64,000 bases of DNA from Cyanophora paradoxa CCMP329 (lineage: Eukaryota > Plantae > Glaucophyta), in NCBI GenBank assembly GCA_004431415.1, contig QPMI01000644.1, positions 55,905 to 119,904 of the forward strand. The letters run 5' to 3'. The notes under the pieces were generated by a model. The model searched no databases. It saw nothing but the letters and a program-made list of their open reading frames with translations, and was not told where the DNA came from. A program made the position numbers and the translations under genes. Shown here in pieces: positions 10,213 to 22,300 of the stretch; position 1 is the first letter of the stretch, and the number at the start of each line of letters is the position of its first letter.

Positions 10213-12213
10213 CTAGGCGGCGGCGCGGGGGTCCTGCGCGGGGGACGCGGGGGCGAGGCGGGCGGCGGGGAAAGAGCGGCCGCGGAGGGCGGCCTGGAGC
10301 GCCGCGAGGGCGGCGGGACCGACGGCGTCGTTTCCCGAGAGGTCGACGAGGCAGAGGGACGGGCGGGCGGCGGCGGCGGCGGCGAGGGCCGCCGCGCCTT
10401 CGTCGGAGGCCCCGACGGAGGCGAGCCCCAGGGCGGCGAGGGGGTGCGCGGGGCGCTCGGGGTCCGACCCGGCGCGCTCGAGGGCGGCGGCGAGGGAGAG
10501 TACCCCGGGGTCGCCCAGGGGGTTTGAGCCGAGGGAGAGCTCGGAGAGGGAGAGCGGGGCGGCCCCAGGGAGGGCCGCCGGGCAGAGCGCCGCGGCGAGG
10601 GCGGCGGCGCCGGCCGGGCCGACGGCGTTGCCCTCCAGGTTGAGGGCGTGCAGGTGGCAGGCCCCCGACGCCAGAAGGGCGGCGAGGGCGCGGGCCCCGT
10701 CGTCCCCTAGGCCGTTCCGCGCGAGGCCGAGGACGCCCAGACCGGGGCAGGCGCGCAGGGCCTCAGCGAGGGCGGCGGCGCCCCAGGCGCCCACGCTGCA
10801 GCCGTCCAGGAAGAGGGCGGAGAGGCGAACGCAGCGGGGGAGCCGCGCCGCCAGAGCCTCCGCCGCCATCTCCCGCACATCTGTTCAAACACAGTCAAGA
10901 AAGGACGCTCTTAGAAGGAGGCTCGCTCCGATGATGGAGGAAGGAAGCTAAGATCCTAAGGAAGCGTGGACAGAAGAAGAAACTTTGAATTTGATCTTTG
11001 AGTACTTTTCCAGGAGGTTAAATTTGGGGGCGCACATGGGTTCTCCCCGAGGTGGAGGAGGGAGAGGGACGCGCTGCGCGAGGCCCCCGCCGCGATGGCG
11101 TCCACGTCGTCGCTCACCTGGGAGCGGGCGGGCCGGGCCGGGCGTCAGCTGCATAGGAGGCTCGGGTTCGAGAGCGGCGCGGTGGGTGTGCGCGCACGAG
11201 GCCGGCCCGCTTCAGGTAGAGGGCCGTGAGGGCGGGGCTCTCCCTGCGGGCGGCGATCAATGATAAGGAAGGAAGGAAGGAAGCATGCACATACAGAAGG
11301 AATGTCTAAGAGGTCCCTGGGGGGCGCACGCACGCGATCATGGCGGCGAGGGCGGGGGCGGCGCCCAGGACGGCGTTGCCGGAGAGGTCGAGGAGGCGGA
11401 GGGCGGGGGCGGCCGCCGCCGCCTCCGAGAGGGCGGCGAGGGCGGGGCCCTCCGCCCCGCACTCAGCGAGAGAGAGGCGCTCCAGCGCCGAGGCGTGGGG
11501 CAGGAACTAAGTTCAGGTGAGTCTGAGCGGAGCGCGGCTCAAGCCGGGCGGCCCGGATCGGACCTGGGCGAGGGCGGCGAGCGCGGGGCCGCCGGGGGGC
11601 GAGCCGGTGAGGTCGAGGGCCGCCACGCCGGCGGCCGCCTCCGCCTCGGGCCGCAGCAGCTCCAGCAGCGCTTCGACCTCCTCGGGGCCCAGCGGGCCCA
11701 GGCCCGCGAAGTCGTGCACGGGCCCGCCCGGGCCGCTGCCGCCGGTGAACGTGGCGCCCCAGGGGCCGCCGCGAACGCGGGCGAGGGGCTGTGCGCGCGG
11801 CCCGCGTCCACCGCTACGGCCGCAAATGCGCGCTCCGCAGGCGTCTGCGCTTGGCGCCGCGCGCGTAAGCGAAGGCACGCGCGCTCGGCGCGGTTCGGGC
11901 CCCGGCCCCGGCGGCCTCGGACGGCGGCGCGCCTGTCCAGCGGGCCGCGGTAGGAGCCGTAGCGGTGCGGACACGAGCGCCGCGAGCGCGGCGAGGGGGT
12001 CGAAGGCGTCCCCTCCGTCCCGGTCCCGCCCGTTCGGGTTCAAGCGCTGCCTCCGAGTGGTCAAGTGGGCAACCGCGCACGGCGGGGAGCGCTCGGGCGC
12101 GCGCGTGTGTAGGCGCGGTACGCGCGGAATATAAGAGCGCGCACCCGGTAGCCGTCGGCCCTCACCTTTAGGTAGACCACGCCAAAGGCGAGCCAGAACG
12201 CCGGTTCGACCAT
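10213..12213 (-). CDS. Ribonuclease-inhibitor-type leucine-rich-repeat protein
   Basis: Repeated LxxLxLxxNxLGxxGAxALA units (LGVLGLARNGLGDDGARALA, LHALNLEGNAVGPAGAAALA, LSELSLGSNPLGDPGVLSLA, LRLLDLSGNAVLG). Start MVEPAFWLAFGVVYLK is tentative. Confidence 0.85.
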
Positions 12214-12729
12214 GACGCGGGGCGAGGCGAGGCGTACGTACAAGAGCTACCTGCACGCTCTGCGCATTCTTCTCTGGCCGTTCACGCGCCCAGCCGCTGC
12301 CGAACGGGCTCTTGCAACTGCGCCAACTTTCAAAGCGCTACCCGCCTGTTCGGAGTAACCGCCTTATCTGCCGTAAGCGCCAGCAGCCGCAGCGAGCACA
12401 GCAGCCGGCTGCTGCTCGTGCGCGTCGCTGCCCGCATTGCTGCCGCCTCCCTCGTAGCCGAATTCTGGGGAGCCTCGGGGAGTCGAACCGGTAGCCAGGG
12501 TACCTCCGTCGCTGCGTGCGCAAGCTCGGCGCACAGCTCGCTGGGCCGATCGCGTGATGGAGGGAGCGTAGCTGCAGGCGAAGGAGCGATCTCGAAGCCC
12601 CGGGAGCACGCCTCCGACCTCGCGCCGGCTCGAGCGCGTTCGTAGGGCGGGCTCCGAGCGGGCACCGAGGCGCCGCCGACTCGTCGGCAAACGCTTCAGT
12701 GAGCCTCGTCACTGAGTTCGAAGAGCAAT

Positions 12730-15700
12730 ATGAGGCCAGCGCGATCGAACCGCGGCGTGAGTCGTGACAAGGCCGTGATTCTGCAGCGGCTGCTGCCCAG
12801 CATCGCCCTGCAGGAGATTCCCTGCCCCGGGGGAGAAGCCTGTTCGTGCGATGGGTCGCCGAGCACGCCGCACGCGAGGCCACTGCCGCTCATGCTTCCG
12901 AAGTACGGCGCGACGCTCTTCGCCGGTGCGCCCCGGCCCGCGGCTGCGCTGCGTCCGCTTGCTGAATCGGCGGGGCAGACGTGAGCGGCTTCAGCAAGCT
13001 CTCGAACGCGCTGGACGGGTTCGTGGAGGGGCGGCCCCACGCGCACGGGGCGCCGGCGGGGCGGCGCGACTCGGCGGCCCTCGAGGAGAGCAGCTCGGGC
13101 GTGGAGGTCCTCACCAGCATCCTCAACGCCCTCCTCGACAAGCTCACGACCACCGTCTCCGACTTCGGCGGCGACGTCATCAAGTTCGGTGCGCGGGCCT
13201 CCTCCCCCCGCTCGCGCCGGCGGCGCCCCGGCGCCGACCGCCCGCGCAGCGGGGGACGCCTGCATGGCGATCTTCGTACCCCCCGGGGCGGCGGGGGCGA
13301 ACGTGGCTGGGGAGGACGAGGAGCCGCCGGCCGCCGCCCTCGAGGCCGCCGTCGTCGCCGCCGTAGAGGCCCGCCCGCCCGCCCGCCCGCCCGCCCCCCG
13401 GCCCTCTCTGCCTTCTGCCCGCCCTCGCCTGAGGCGGCGGGCTTGGTCCCCTGCGCTCACTCGCTCGCTCGCTCGCAGTGCGCGGCGGCGTTCGGGCGGA
13501 TCGTCGACGGGACGAGCGCCGGCTTCCACGCGCTGCGGCTCGACCTTAAGGTCAAGGTCGGCGTCTTATTATAGGATTATAAGAATCTAGTGATAAGGTC
13601 CGCTTCGCTCTAATTCAAGGCTCTAGGTCGGCATCGGCGCGGGCCCCTTCTCCAGCGTCCACCTCGGCGTCCGCGCCCGCCGCGAGTTCTTCGTCACGGT
13701 GCTCCGCTCCTGTACCCCCCCGCATTCCTTCCCTCCCTCAAAATCCGCAGGGCCCGGCGGTGCAGCAGGCGCTGGACGCGGAGCACCACGCGGCGCCCGG
13801 CGAGATCGTCCTCTCCCCTGACGCCCTCGCCCTCCTCCCCCCCTCCATCGCCGCCCCGGTCCCCGCGGCGGCACCCGAGAGCCCCGCCCAGGGCGGTGGC
13901 GGCCCGGGGGCCTCCCCCGGGGGGCCCGGCCTCCGGCCCTCGCCCGCCGGCGGCGGCGGGGCGGGGCACGCAGCGGCGCCGGGCCCGCGCGGCCCGCCGC
14001 CGCGCCGGGCGTTCCGGCGCTGACTTTCTCGCCCCCGGCTGTGGAGCCCGAGGCTCCGGCCGACGCCGCGGCCTCGCCCGCGGCCTCCTCGGCCCCCGGG
14101 TCCCCGCGGGGCAGCGAGGCGGCCGATTCTGCCGCCCTTTCCCCTGCAGCCTCCGCCTCCGCCTCCGCCGGCGGAGGCTTTCGTGCCGTCCAAATCGCGC
14201 CGCAGGCGGCGCACCGCGGTCCCCGCTGCCGCTCGGCCTCGATCCCCGTGCTCCCGCCGTCCCCGCGGGCCCCGCCCTCCCCAAAGAGGGGGGCGGAGCG
14301 CACGGACTCGGGCGACTGGACACTGCCCCTCAGCACGGCGCTCGAGCCCGCCGCCTCGGGCGCCAGCACGCTGCCCTCCGTCCCCTCCTCGGGCTCCCTC
14401 GCTTCCCTCGCTCCCCCCGGCTCCCTCGCAGACGCGGCGGAGGCGGGTCCGGCGGGGCCGGGGCCGGCCCCGCCCGGGCCGACGATCGCGATTCAGGAGC
14501 CGGCGCTGCTGGAGGCGCTGCGGGCGTACGTGCCGCTGCCGGTGCTCAAGAAGCTCGAGGGCGGCCCCAGCGCCTTCGTCGCCGAGCTGCGCCGCGTCTC
14601 CGTCCTCTTCGTCATGCTCCAGCCCCGCCATGAGGCAGCGGGCGCCGCCCGCGGCGCCTCCCCCTCCTCCCGCCCCTCCTCCGGCCCGCCCTCCCTCCGC
14701 ACCAGCTACGTCTCCGAGCCTGAGGAGGAGAGCCCGGGCCCGGGCGGGGCGCGGACCCTCCTGGGGTCCGGCTCCTCCGCCTCGTCGTCGGCGCGGACGC
14801 TGGCGCTCGCCTCGCCGGCGCGGCGGGAGCCGGACCTAAGGCGGCTCTCCCTCAAGCTTCCCGCGACCCGCCGCGGCTCGCGGGACGCCTCGCCGGCGCC
14901 GGCGGAGCCCTGGGACCGCCTCGGCGCCCTCAACCGCATCGTCGCTGCCGCCCAGGCACGTCTTCGCACTTGTACCCCTCCCGGCCCCGCCCCCCCTGAC
15001 CGACCCTCCCCGCAGGCGGCGATGGAGCAGTACGAGGGGAGCATCCGGCAGGTCATGCACGACGACAAGGTCCCCCAATCTTCTTTTACATACATTAGAT
15101 CTTAGCTTGTTCTATCAAAGATCTAGCTTAGCTTACGGTTGCGTTTATCCTTCTTCTTCGCGCAGGGGATGGTCGTCATCTGCGCCTTCGGGCTGCCCTT
15201 CCAGAGCCACGAGGACGACGGGGCGCGCGCCGTGAGCGCCGCGGGGTACATCGTCCGGGAGGTCGCCGCCGCGACGGGGCGCGCCTGGCGGCCCCACATC
15301 GGCATCGCCACGGGCACCGCCTACTCCGTGCGCCAAACAGACAGACAAACGGCACCTTCCTTCTCTAACCTTCTTCTAACCTTGTTTTCTTGAAGATCTG
15401 AGCTTGTTTTATTTAGAGATCTAGCTTAGCTTAGCTTACGATTGCGTTTATCCTTCCTTCTAACGGCGCCGTCCTTCCCTAACCTTCTTCTGAACTTCTC
15501 TTCTTCTTCTTCTTTTCGGCGCAGGGGTTCGTGGGGTCGCGGGCGCGGAGCGAGTACATGCTCGTGGGCGACTCGATCGTCGTCGCCGCCCGCCTCATGG
15601 GCCTCGCCGCTCAGGTGAGTTCAGACTTTAGAGAGGCTTTCTAAAAGATCTAGAAGACGCAAAGCCTTTATAAAAGATTCAGAAGATTTCTTCGGCGGCT

Positions 15701-18700
15701 CCCTCGCCGCCCGCCCGCCCGCCCGCCCACCACGCACCCCACGCCTAAGCGGCCTTAGGCAGTAGCAGCAGGGCAGCAGTCTTAACTCTACCGCCACACC
15801 TAAGCCACCTTAGGCTATCTCTCCGCCCGCCCGCCCGCCCGCGCCCGCTTTCAGTTCCCTGCGTCCGTTCGTATCCCGCGTCAAGTTTCCAACGCCCCCT
15901 CGCAGCGCGGGGAGGCGGTGCTGATCGACGCGGTGACGAGGGAAGCCGTGGCGGGGCGGCAGCAGCTCTTCCACGTCGCCGAGACCGAGGCGGCGCTCCT
16001 GAAGGGGAAGGAGCGGGCGGCCCGCGTCTTCCGGGTGACCCAGGCCGAGGCCCCCACGCTCCTCGCCCGCCGCCGCCCCGACCCCGCCGCCGCCTCCGCC
16101 GCCGGCGGCGGCGGCGGCGGTGGCGACTCCTCGCCGCTCGCCGTCGCGCTGCCTTCCCCGGGGCACGACGCCGCCACCCCAGGCACCACCCCGGCGGTGC
16201 CGGGGTGACGCCCGGCGGCACCCCGCGCCAGCACTGACGCCGGCCTCCGCGTCGGCGGGGGCGGGGAGCAGCCGAGCCCGGCGGCGGCGGCGCAGCCGAT
16301 CGCTGCGCTGATGAGCTCCCAGTCGGCTCAGACCGTCGCCGCCATGCTCGTCGCACGGGCCGCCAGCCGCCGCCTCGCCCTCGCCGGCCCCGTCCCGACC
16401 CTCGAGCCGCCCCCGCACGCCCGCGGCCCTCTCCGCTCGCCCTCCCTCCGGCGCCCCTCCAACGCCGGCCTCGCCCCCGCCGCCTCCGTCCCCGTGCGGC
16501 GGCCCCCGCGGGACGGCTCGCCCTCCCCCTCCTCCGGCTTGCCCGCCATCGAGATGGACGGCGTCCCGCTGGCGGCCGCGGCGCCCCCACCCCCGCCGCC
16601 CCCGCTCCGCGGGACCCCGTCGGGCGCGGGGAGTGCCTCGCGGCCTTCCGGCGGCTGCTGGAGCGGCTCCAGGCCGAGCGCGCCTCGGCGCTCTTCGAGG
16701 TGGAGGCGGGGGCGGGCCTGGGGAAGAGCACGCTGGTGGCGGCGCTGCGGCGCGCCTGCGCCGCCGCCGGCGTGCCGTGCCTCGTCGGCGTCGCCGATTC
16801 CATCGAACGGTGCGCCCCCGGGCCCGGGAAGCCCCTTGGGAGGAGATCAAAGTTTTAGGAACCAAAGGTCTAGGTTTAGGAACCGAAGGTCGTGAAGAAT
16901 TTTGGACCCAAAAGCCTAGATTTATATTAGGAACCGCTCCGCTCCGCCCGGGATTCCAGCGTAGCCTCGCGCGGCGCCGGATGCCTTCGCTCTTCTCCGC
17001 GCCCCGCCGCCGCGCCTCCGGCCGTGATCGTCCCTTGCGCAGTTTCGCGCCGTACGCGCCGCTGCGGGGCGTGCTGGGCGCCCTCGTGGGCGCGGGGGCT
17101 CACCCCAGCGAGGCCCGCGCCCGCATCGAGGCCGCCCTGATGGAGTACGGCGTGCGCCCGCCCCGCCCCGCCCGCCCCATCCCATCTGTGCCCGTCCCGG
17201 CCCCGCTCTGATCTCATCCGATCAGAGCGACATAAACACAACATATACTAGATCCTTGACACAAACTAGATTAGGCCCCGCCCCGCCCCGCCCGCCCCAT
17301 CTGCTCCCGCCCGCCCCGCTCAGATCTCATCCGATCAGAGCGAGGATCTGATGGCGCTGCGGCCGCTGCTGAACGCGCTCCTCCCCGTCCACTTCCGCCT
17401 CTCCAAGGCCGTCAGGTCCGCTCTCCCGCCCCGCCCGCCCCGCCCCGCCCCGCCCCGCACCGCCCCGCACCGCCCGCTGCGCAATCTTAGAGGAAATGGG
17501 CGCCGAGTGCCATTTCGATGAAGCGACGGCTGAGAATCGCGTTAGGCCATCTCTTCGCCCCCTCCGCTCCCTTCCCCGCCCTCTCCGACCCGCCCTCGCC
17601 CCCCGCGCCGCCGCTGATGCGCGCGGGCCCCCGGATCCGCAGCGCGATGGACCAGCGGAGCCAGTCCGAGGGCCTGCGGGCCCTGGTGGCGGCCCTGCTG
17701 GCCACGCTGGAGCCCCGCGCCGGCGCCGCTCGCCGCAAGGCCGCCCTCTCCGCCTCCTCGGTCGCCGTCCTCGCCCCCGGCGCCGCCGCCGCCGCCGCCC
17801 CGAACTCCTCCGCCGCCTCCGCCGCCGCCGCCGCCGCCTCTGCGGCTCCTGTCCCCGGGCGGGGGCGGCGCCTCTCGAGGGGATCCGTCCGGGCCTTTTT
17901 TTGGAGCGGCGGGGCCAGGGGTACAGGCCCCGAGGACTCGGAGACGCACTCCGGGGGGAACGATTCGCCCTGGGAGCCGGCCCTCCTCCCCGTGCGGAGC
18001 GTCCCGGTCCCGGCCCCGGCGGGGCCGGAGGGCCTGCCGGCCGCCCCGAGCGCCCCGACGCGCCTCGCGGCCATGCACGCATCGCTGGCGGTTTCGATGG
18101 GGCGGCGCAGCCCGGAGCGGTCCCCGCGCCTCACGCCTCGGGACGGCGAGGGCAGCGAGGGCGGCGCCGCCCTGCCCGTCCCCTCCCTCTCGCCCCTCTT
18201 CTCCTCCGCCCCGGCTGTGCCCCCGCACGATCCGCCGGCCGTCGCCCTCTCGGCGTCGATGCGCGCGGGGCGGCGCGAGGGCCACGGGGCGGCCGGCCCC
18301 ATCGTCATCGTCATCGACGACGCGCAGTGGGCCGACTCGGCCTCCTGGTGCGCCTCCTCCTCCCGCCCCCGCCCCTTCTTCCCGCGCAAGCTAAGCCCAG
18401 CCTCGCTTCTCTCTCCGCAGGGCCCTGCTTGCCTCGCTGGAGTACGCCCGCCGGCCCATCCTCCTCGTCCTCGCATACCGGCCCTTCGCCACCGGGGCCC
18501 CCGCGCCCCGTCTACCCTCCTCCACACAGCACCACGAGGGCGAGGCGGGGGCTCCGGGGGCGTTGCCCTCGGACCTGCTGCGGCTGCGGGCGCACGGGGC
18601 CCTGGGGCACGAGCGGCGGGAGCTGGGGCCCCTCGGCGAGGCCGACATGGAAGAATTGCTGAAGGAGCTCTGCGACGTCGACGAGGCGCGTCGTGGCCAT

Positions 18701-19327
18701 TATCTTCTCCGCTCTCTCTAGAACGTCTCTAGGATGCACATAAGTTGACTCGGCTATCTTCTCCGCTCTCTCTAGAACTTCAAGTTCCGCTTCGAGCCCG
18801 ACGGACCCCCGCGCACGCGTGCGCGCTCGGCCCTCTAACGCGAGGCGCGGGGGGGCACAGGTGCCGCGGGCGCTGGTGCGCTACGTGCAGGAGGCCTCCC
18901 ACGGCAACCCCCTCGTGCGCTCCCTGTGGCCGGAGCTTCTTAAGCTCCTGCTATCTAAATTAACTGGAAGAAGAAGTTTGCTTAGTTGGCTTCTTCTAAC
19001 TAACTGTGCGAAGAAAGAAATAGTTTGCTTAATTGCTTTCACGGCCCGCCTCCGCCGCCCCAATCCACGCCGTGGCGTAGCCCCTCACTTTCCGTACCCC
19101 CCGCAGTGGGCGACGGAGGTTCTGCACCAGCTCGCCCACGAGGAGCTGGTCGCCCTGGACGAGTCGGTCCTACCCCCCGCCGGCTCCTTCCCCCTCACAC
19201 CGGACCCCGAGGCCCTCGGGAGAGGGGGGGGTGGAGGGGAGAGCCCGGCGGGGCGGGCGGCGGGCGGCCTCGCGGCGAGCGGGGGGTGGGCCCTCTCCGC
19301 GAGGGGCGGCTCCCGCGAAGGGAACGC

Positions 19328-19358
<31 letters not shown>

Positions 19359-22300
19359 AGGGAGCAGGGCCCGCCGGCGCTCCTTTCCTCGCTCGCGACG
19401 CGCGCGCGGCGCCCCGGCGCCGGCCCGGGCGGCCTGCAGCGCAGCGGCAGCGGGGCCCCGGCGAGGCAGCGGCGGGCCCTGCGCCCGGGGCCCCGGCGCC
19501 CCCGGCGGCGGCTTGCGGCGGCTGACGCTGGCGGACGGGTTTGCGGAGCGGCTGCTGCGGCGGGCGGTCGTGCCGCAGAAGCTCAACGCGCTCATCGTCG
19601 CGAGAATGGACGCCCTCGCGCCCCCCGAGCAGGTCTATTTATAGAAAGGGGACGCTTAATTAATTTTAATCTAGTGAAGCTCGCTCAACTCACATTTCGC
19701 TCGCCCGCGCAGCTGATGCTGAAGGTGGCGTCGGTGCTGGGCCGCACCTTCACGCGGCGCACGCTCCTCGGCATCTACGCCGCCGTCCTCCAGGTGCCCC
19801 CGCCCCGCTCGCCCCTGGAGGCCTTAGGACCTGTGCCCCGTTTCCTAGCCTAGAGGCTAGAGGGGACACCGCCCGCCCGCCCGCCCGCCCGCCCGCCCGC
19901 CCGCCCGCCCGCCCGCCTCCGACTCTGCTGCGTGGCTAGTGCCCTCCGCTGCCCTTCTCACCTAAAATCTCGTCCGGTGTCTACGCCGCCGTCCTCCAGC
20001 GCGACGACGACGACGAGGAGGAGGAGGAGGAGGAGGAAGACGAGCAGAAAGCGGAGGCGGAGGAGGGCTCGGACGGGCGCAAGGAGCGGCGGCGGCGGCG
20101 GCGGCGGCGGCGGAAGCTGTCCGGGGCGAGCGCTGGCCTGCGGGGGGAGGGCGGGGAGGGATCGGGGGGCGAGTCGGCCGCGTCGTCCGCCTCCTCCGCC
20201 GGGCGCGCCGCCTCCGCCATCGCAGGGCGCGCCCCCGGCATCCGGCCCCGCCCCTTTAGTCATGGAAGGCGCAGATCGGCGAGCGGCGGGGGCGGCGGCG
20301 GCGGAGGGGGCCCGGGGGCGCTGCGGCGGCGCGGGCGGCGCCCGTCGGCCTCGTCGACGCGCTCCTCAGCGTCGGGGAGCGCGGGCAGCGTCGCGCCCTT
20401 CCTCCCCGAGGCCGACGTGCGCACTCATGTTTGCTCTCCCGACTCTTAGCCGGCATTACATTCGAACTCTTCCGCTCAGGTGCGGGCGCTGGGGGAGGAG
20501 ATGCTGCGGACGCTGGAGGCCGAGGACTTCATCCTCCCCGCCGCCCCCGCCCCCGACGCCCCCTCGGAGGGGGAGGAGGAGGCCGGCGCCGGCGGAGGCG
20601 CCGCGGAGGGCGACGCCGAAGCGAGTATCGACGGCGGCGGAGGCGACGCGGCGGACGGGGAGGGCGGGGAGGGGGGGGAGGAGGGGGCGCCGGCTCGGGG
20701 GGCCCGGGCCCGGGCGCGGGCCCCGCCCGAGCTCCTCCAGTTCAAGCACGCCGTGCGCTCTCTTCGAACAGAAAGAACCTCGCCCCGCTTGGCTTTAGAT
20801 CTAGAAGAGTCAGTTCCTCGTGCTTCTTCTTTACTTCTGCGCGCCCGCAGCTGGTGGTGGAGGCGTGCTACAGCTGCATGGTCCTCCGCCAGAAGCAGCG
20901 CCTCCACGCCGTCGCCGGTGCGCGAGCCATAAGCTTAAGCTTAGCGCCTCAAAGCCACCTCGGAGGGCGTTGAGAGCTCCCGCGGTCCCGCCTCCACCTG
21001 ACCTTGAGCTTAATTGAGAGCCCCCGCGCCGCGCCTCCTAGCGTGGCTCGGCCTCGCGCCTCCCCGCGCCCCGAGCCGAGGCGCCGGCGCAGGCGAGTGG
21101 CTGGAGGCCGACATCGCGCGGCGGGCGCGGGCCGCGCAGCGCCGGCGCGGCTCCTCCCGCAAGCCCTCCTCGGCCCTCTCGGCCTCCTCCTCCTCCGCCC
21201 CCTCCGCCGCCTCGTTCTTCGCGGCGCGGCGGCCCTCCTCCAACTCCTCCATGACCGCCATCCCGGGCGCCGGGGCCGGGGCCGCCGGGGCCGGGGCCGG
21301 GGCCGCCGGGGCCGGCTCCGGCCTCTACTTCGGTGACGGCGAGACGACGGCGGCGGCGGCGGCCTCGGTCCTCGCGCACCACTTCTCCAAGGCGGGGCCC
21401 GCCCACCGGCCCCGCGCCGCCTTCTGTCCGCCCTCTCCTTCCTTCCTCCGCTCAGACGACATCTGATCTCTGCTCAGACCTGGAGCGGGCGGGGGAGGCG
21501 GCGCTCCAGCAGCAGGCGCTGCCCGACGCGCTCGCCCTCTACCGCCGCCTCGTCTCTGTGCGCCCTTTAGAGGCAACCGCCCGAGAAGACTTCTTCGAGA
21601 TTAGGGAACCAAAGACCTAGAAGAACCACAGATCTGGAAGAGACTTCTTCAGACTTTAAAGCTCGCTCTGCCCCCAACTTCTTTTTAGCTCACTGGCGCG
21701 CCCGCGCGCGCCCGTCAGATGTGCGCGGCGGAGGGCGCCCCGTCCAAGGGGGAGGGGGTCTGGTACCGGGCGGGCGAGCTGGCGCGGGCGGGCGTCGCCG
21801 TCGAGCGCCTGGGCCTCTGGTGCCGCGTCGTCGCCGAGCTCGAGCTCGAGTCGAGCCGCCACGTAGCCGCCGAGTCGGCGGCGGCTAGGGCCCTAGCCTG
21901 CCTCGAGGGCGGGGCCCCGGAGGCCGACGCCCACTCGCTGGTCCGCGTCCTCGCCGAGGGCCACGCCCACGCCTGGCGCCGCCTCGCGAACGCCTTCAAA
22001 TCGATCTTCGGCGCGGGGCCGGCGCCCCCGGCGCCCCCGCCCTCGCCGCCCCCGCCGGCCCGAGCGAGCGGCGCCTGAGCCGCGCCGCGCTGGAGCTCGC
22101 GAGCATCGCCGCCGCGCAGCGCCTCGCCTCGCGCCGCGCCCTCCGCGCGGAGGCGGCGGCAGCAGCAGCCGGGCGGGAGGACAGCGCGCCCTGCGCCGCC
22201 GCCGCGCCCCGCTCGCTCCTCTGCTGCCTAAGCCTCCCTCGCACCCGCCGGACCCGCCGGCGGCCGAGCGCGCCCTCGCGCGGGCCGCCTCGGGCCGGCG

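Noticed and set aside
16206-16313. In-frame TGA codons within the cyclase gene suggesting two genes or recoding
   Set aside because: Short introns with plausible GT/GC..AG ends can remove them, and the domain order matches a single ADCY10-type protein; exact junctions unresolved.
16855-16935. TTTAGG telomere-like repeats (also 2620, 7160-7200)
   Set aside because: Isolated, non-tandem hexamers inside intron filler; not an interstitial telomere array.
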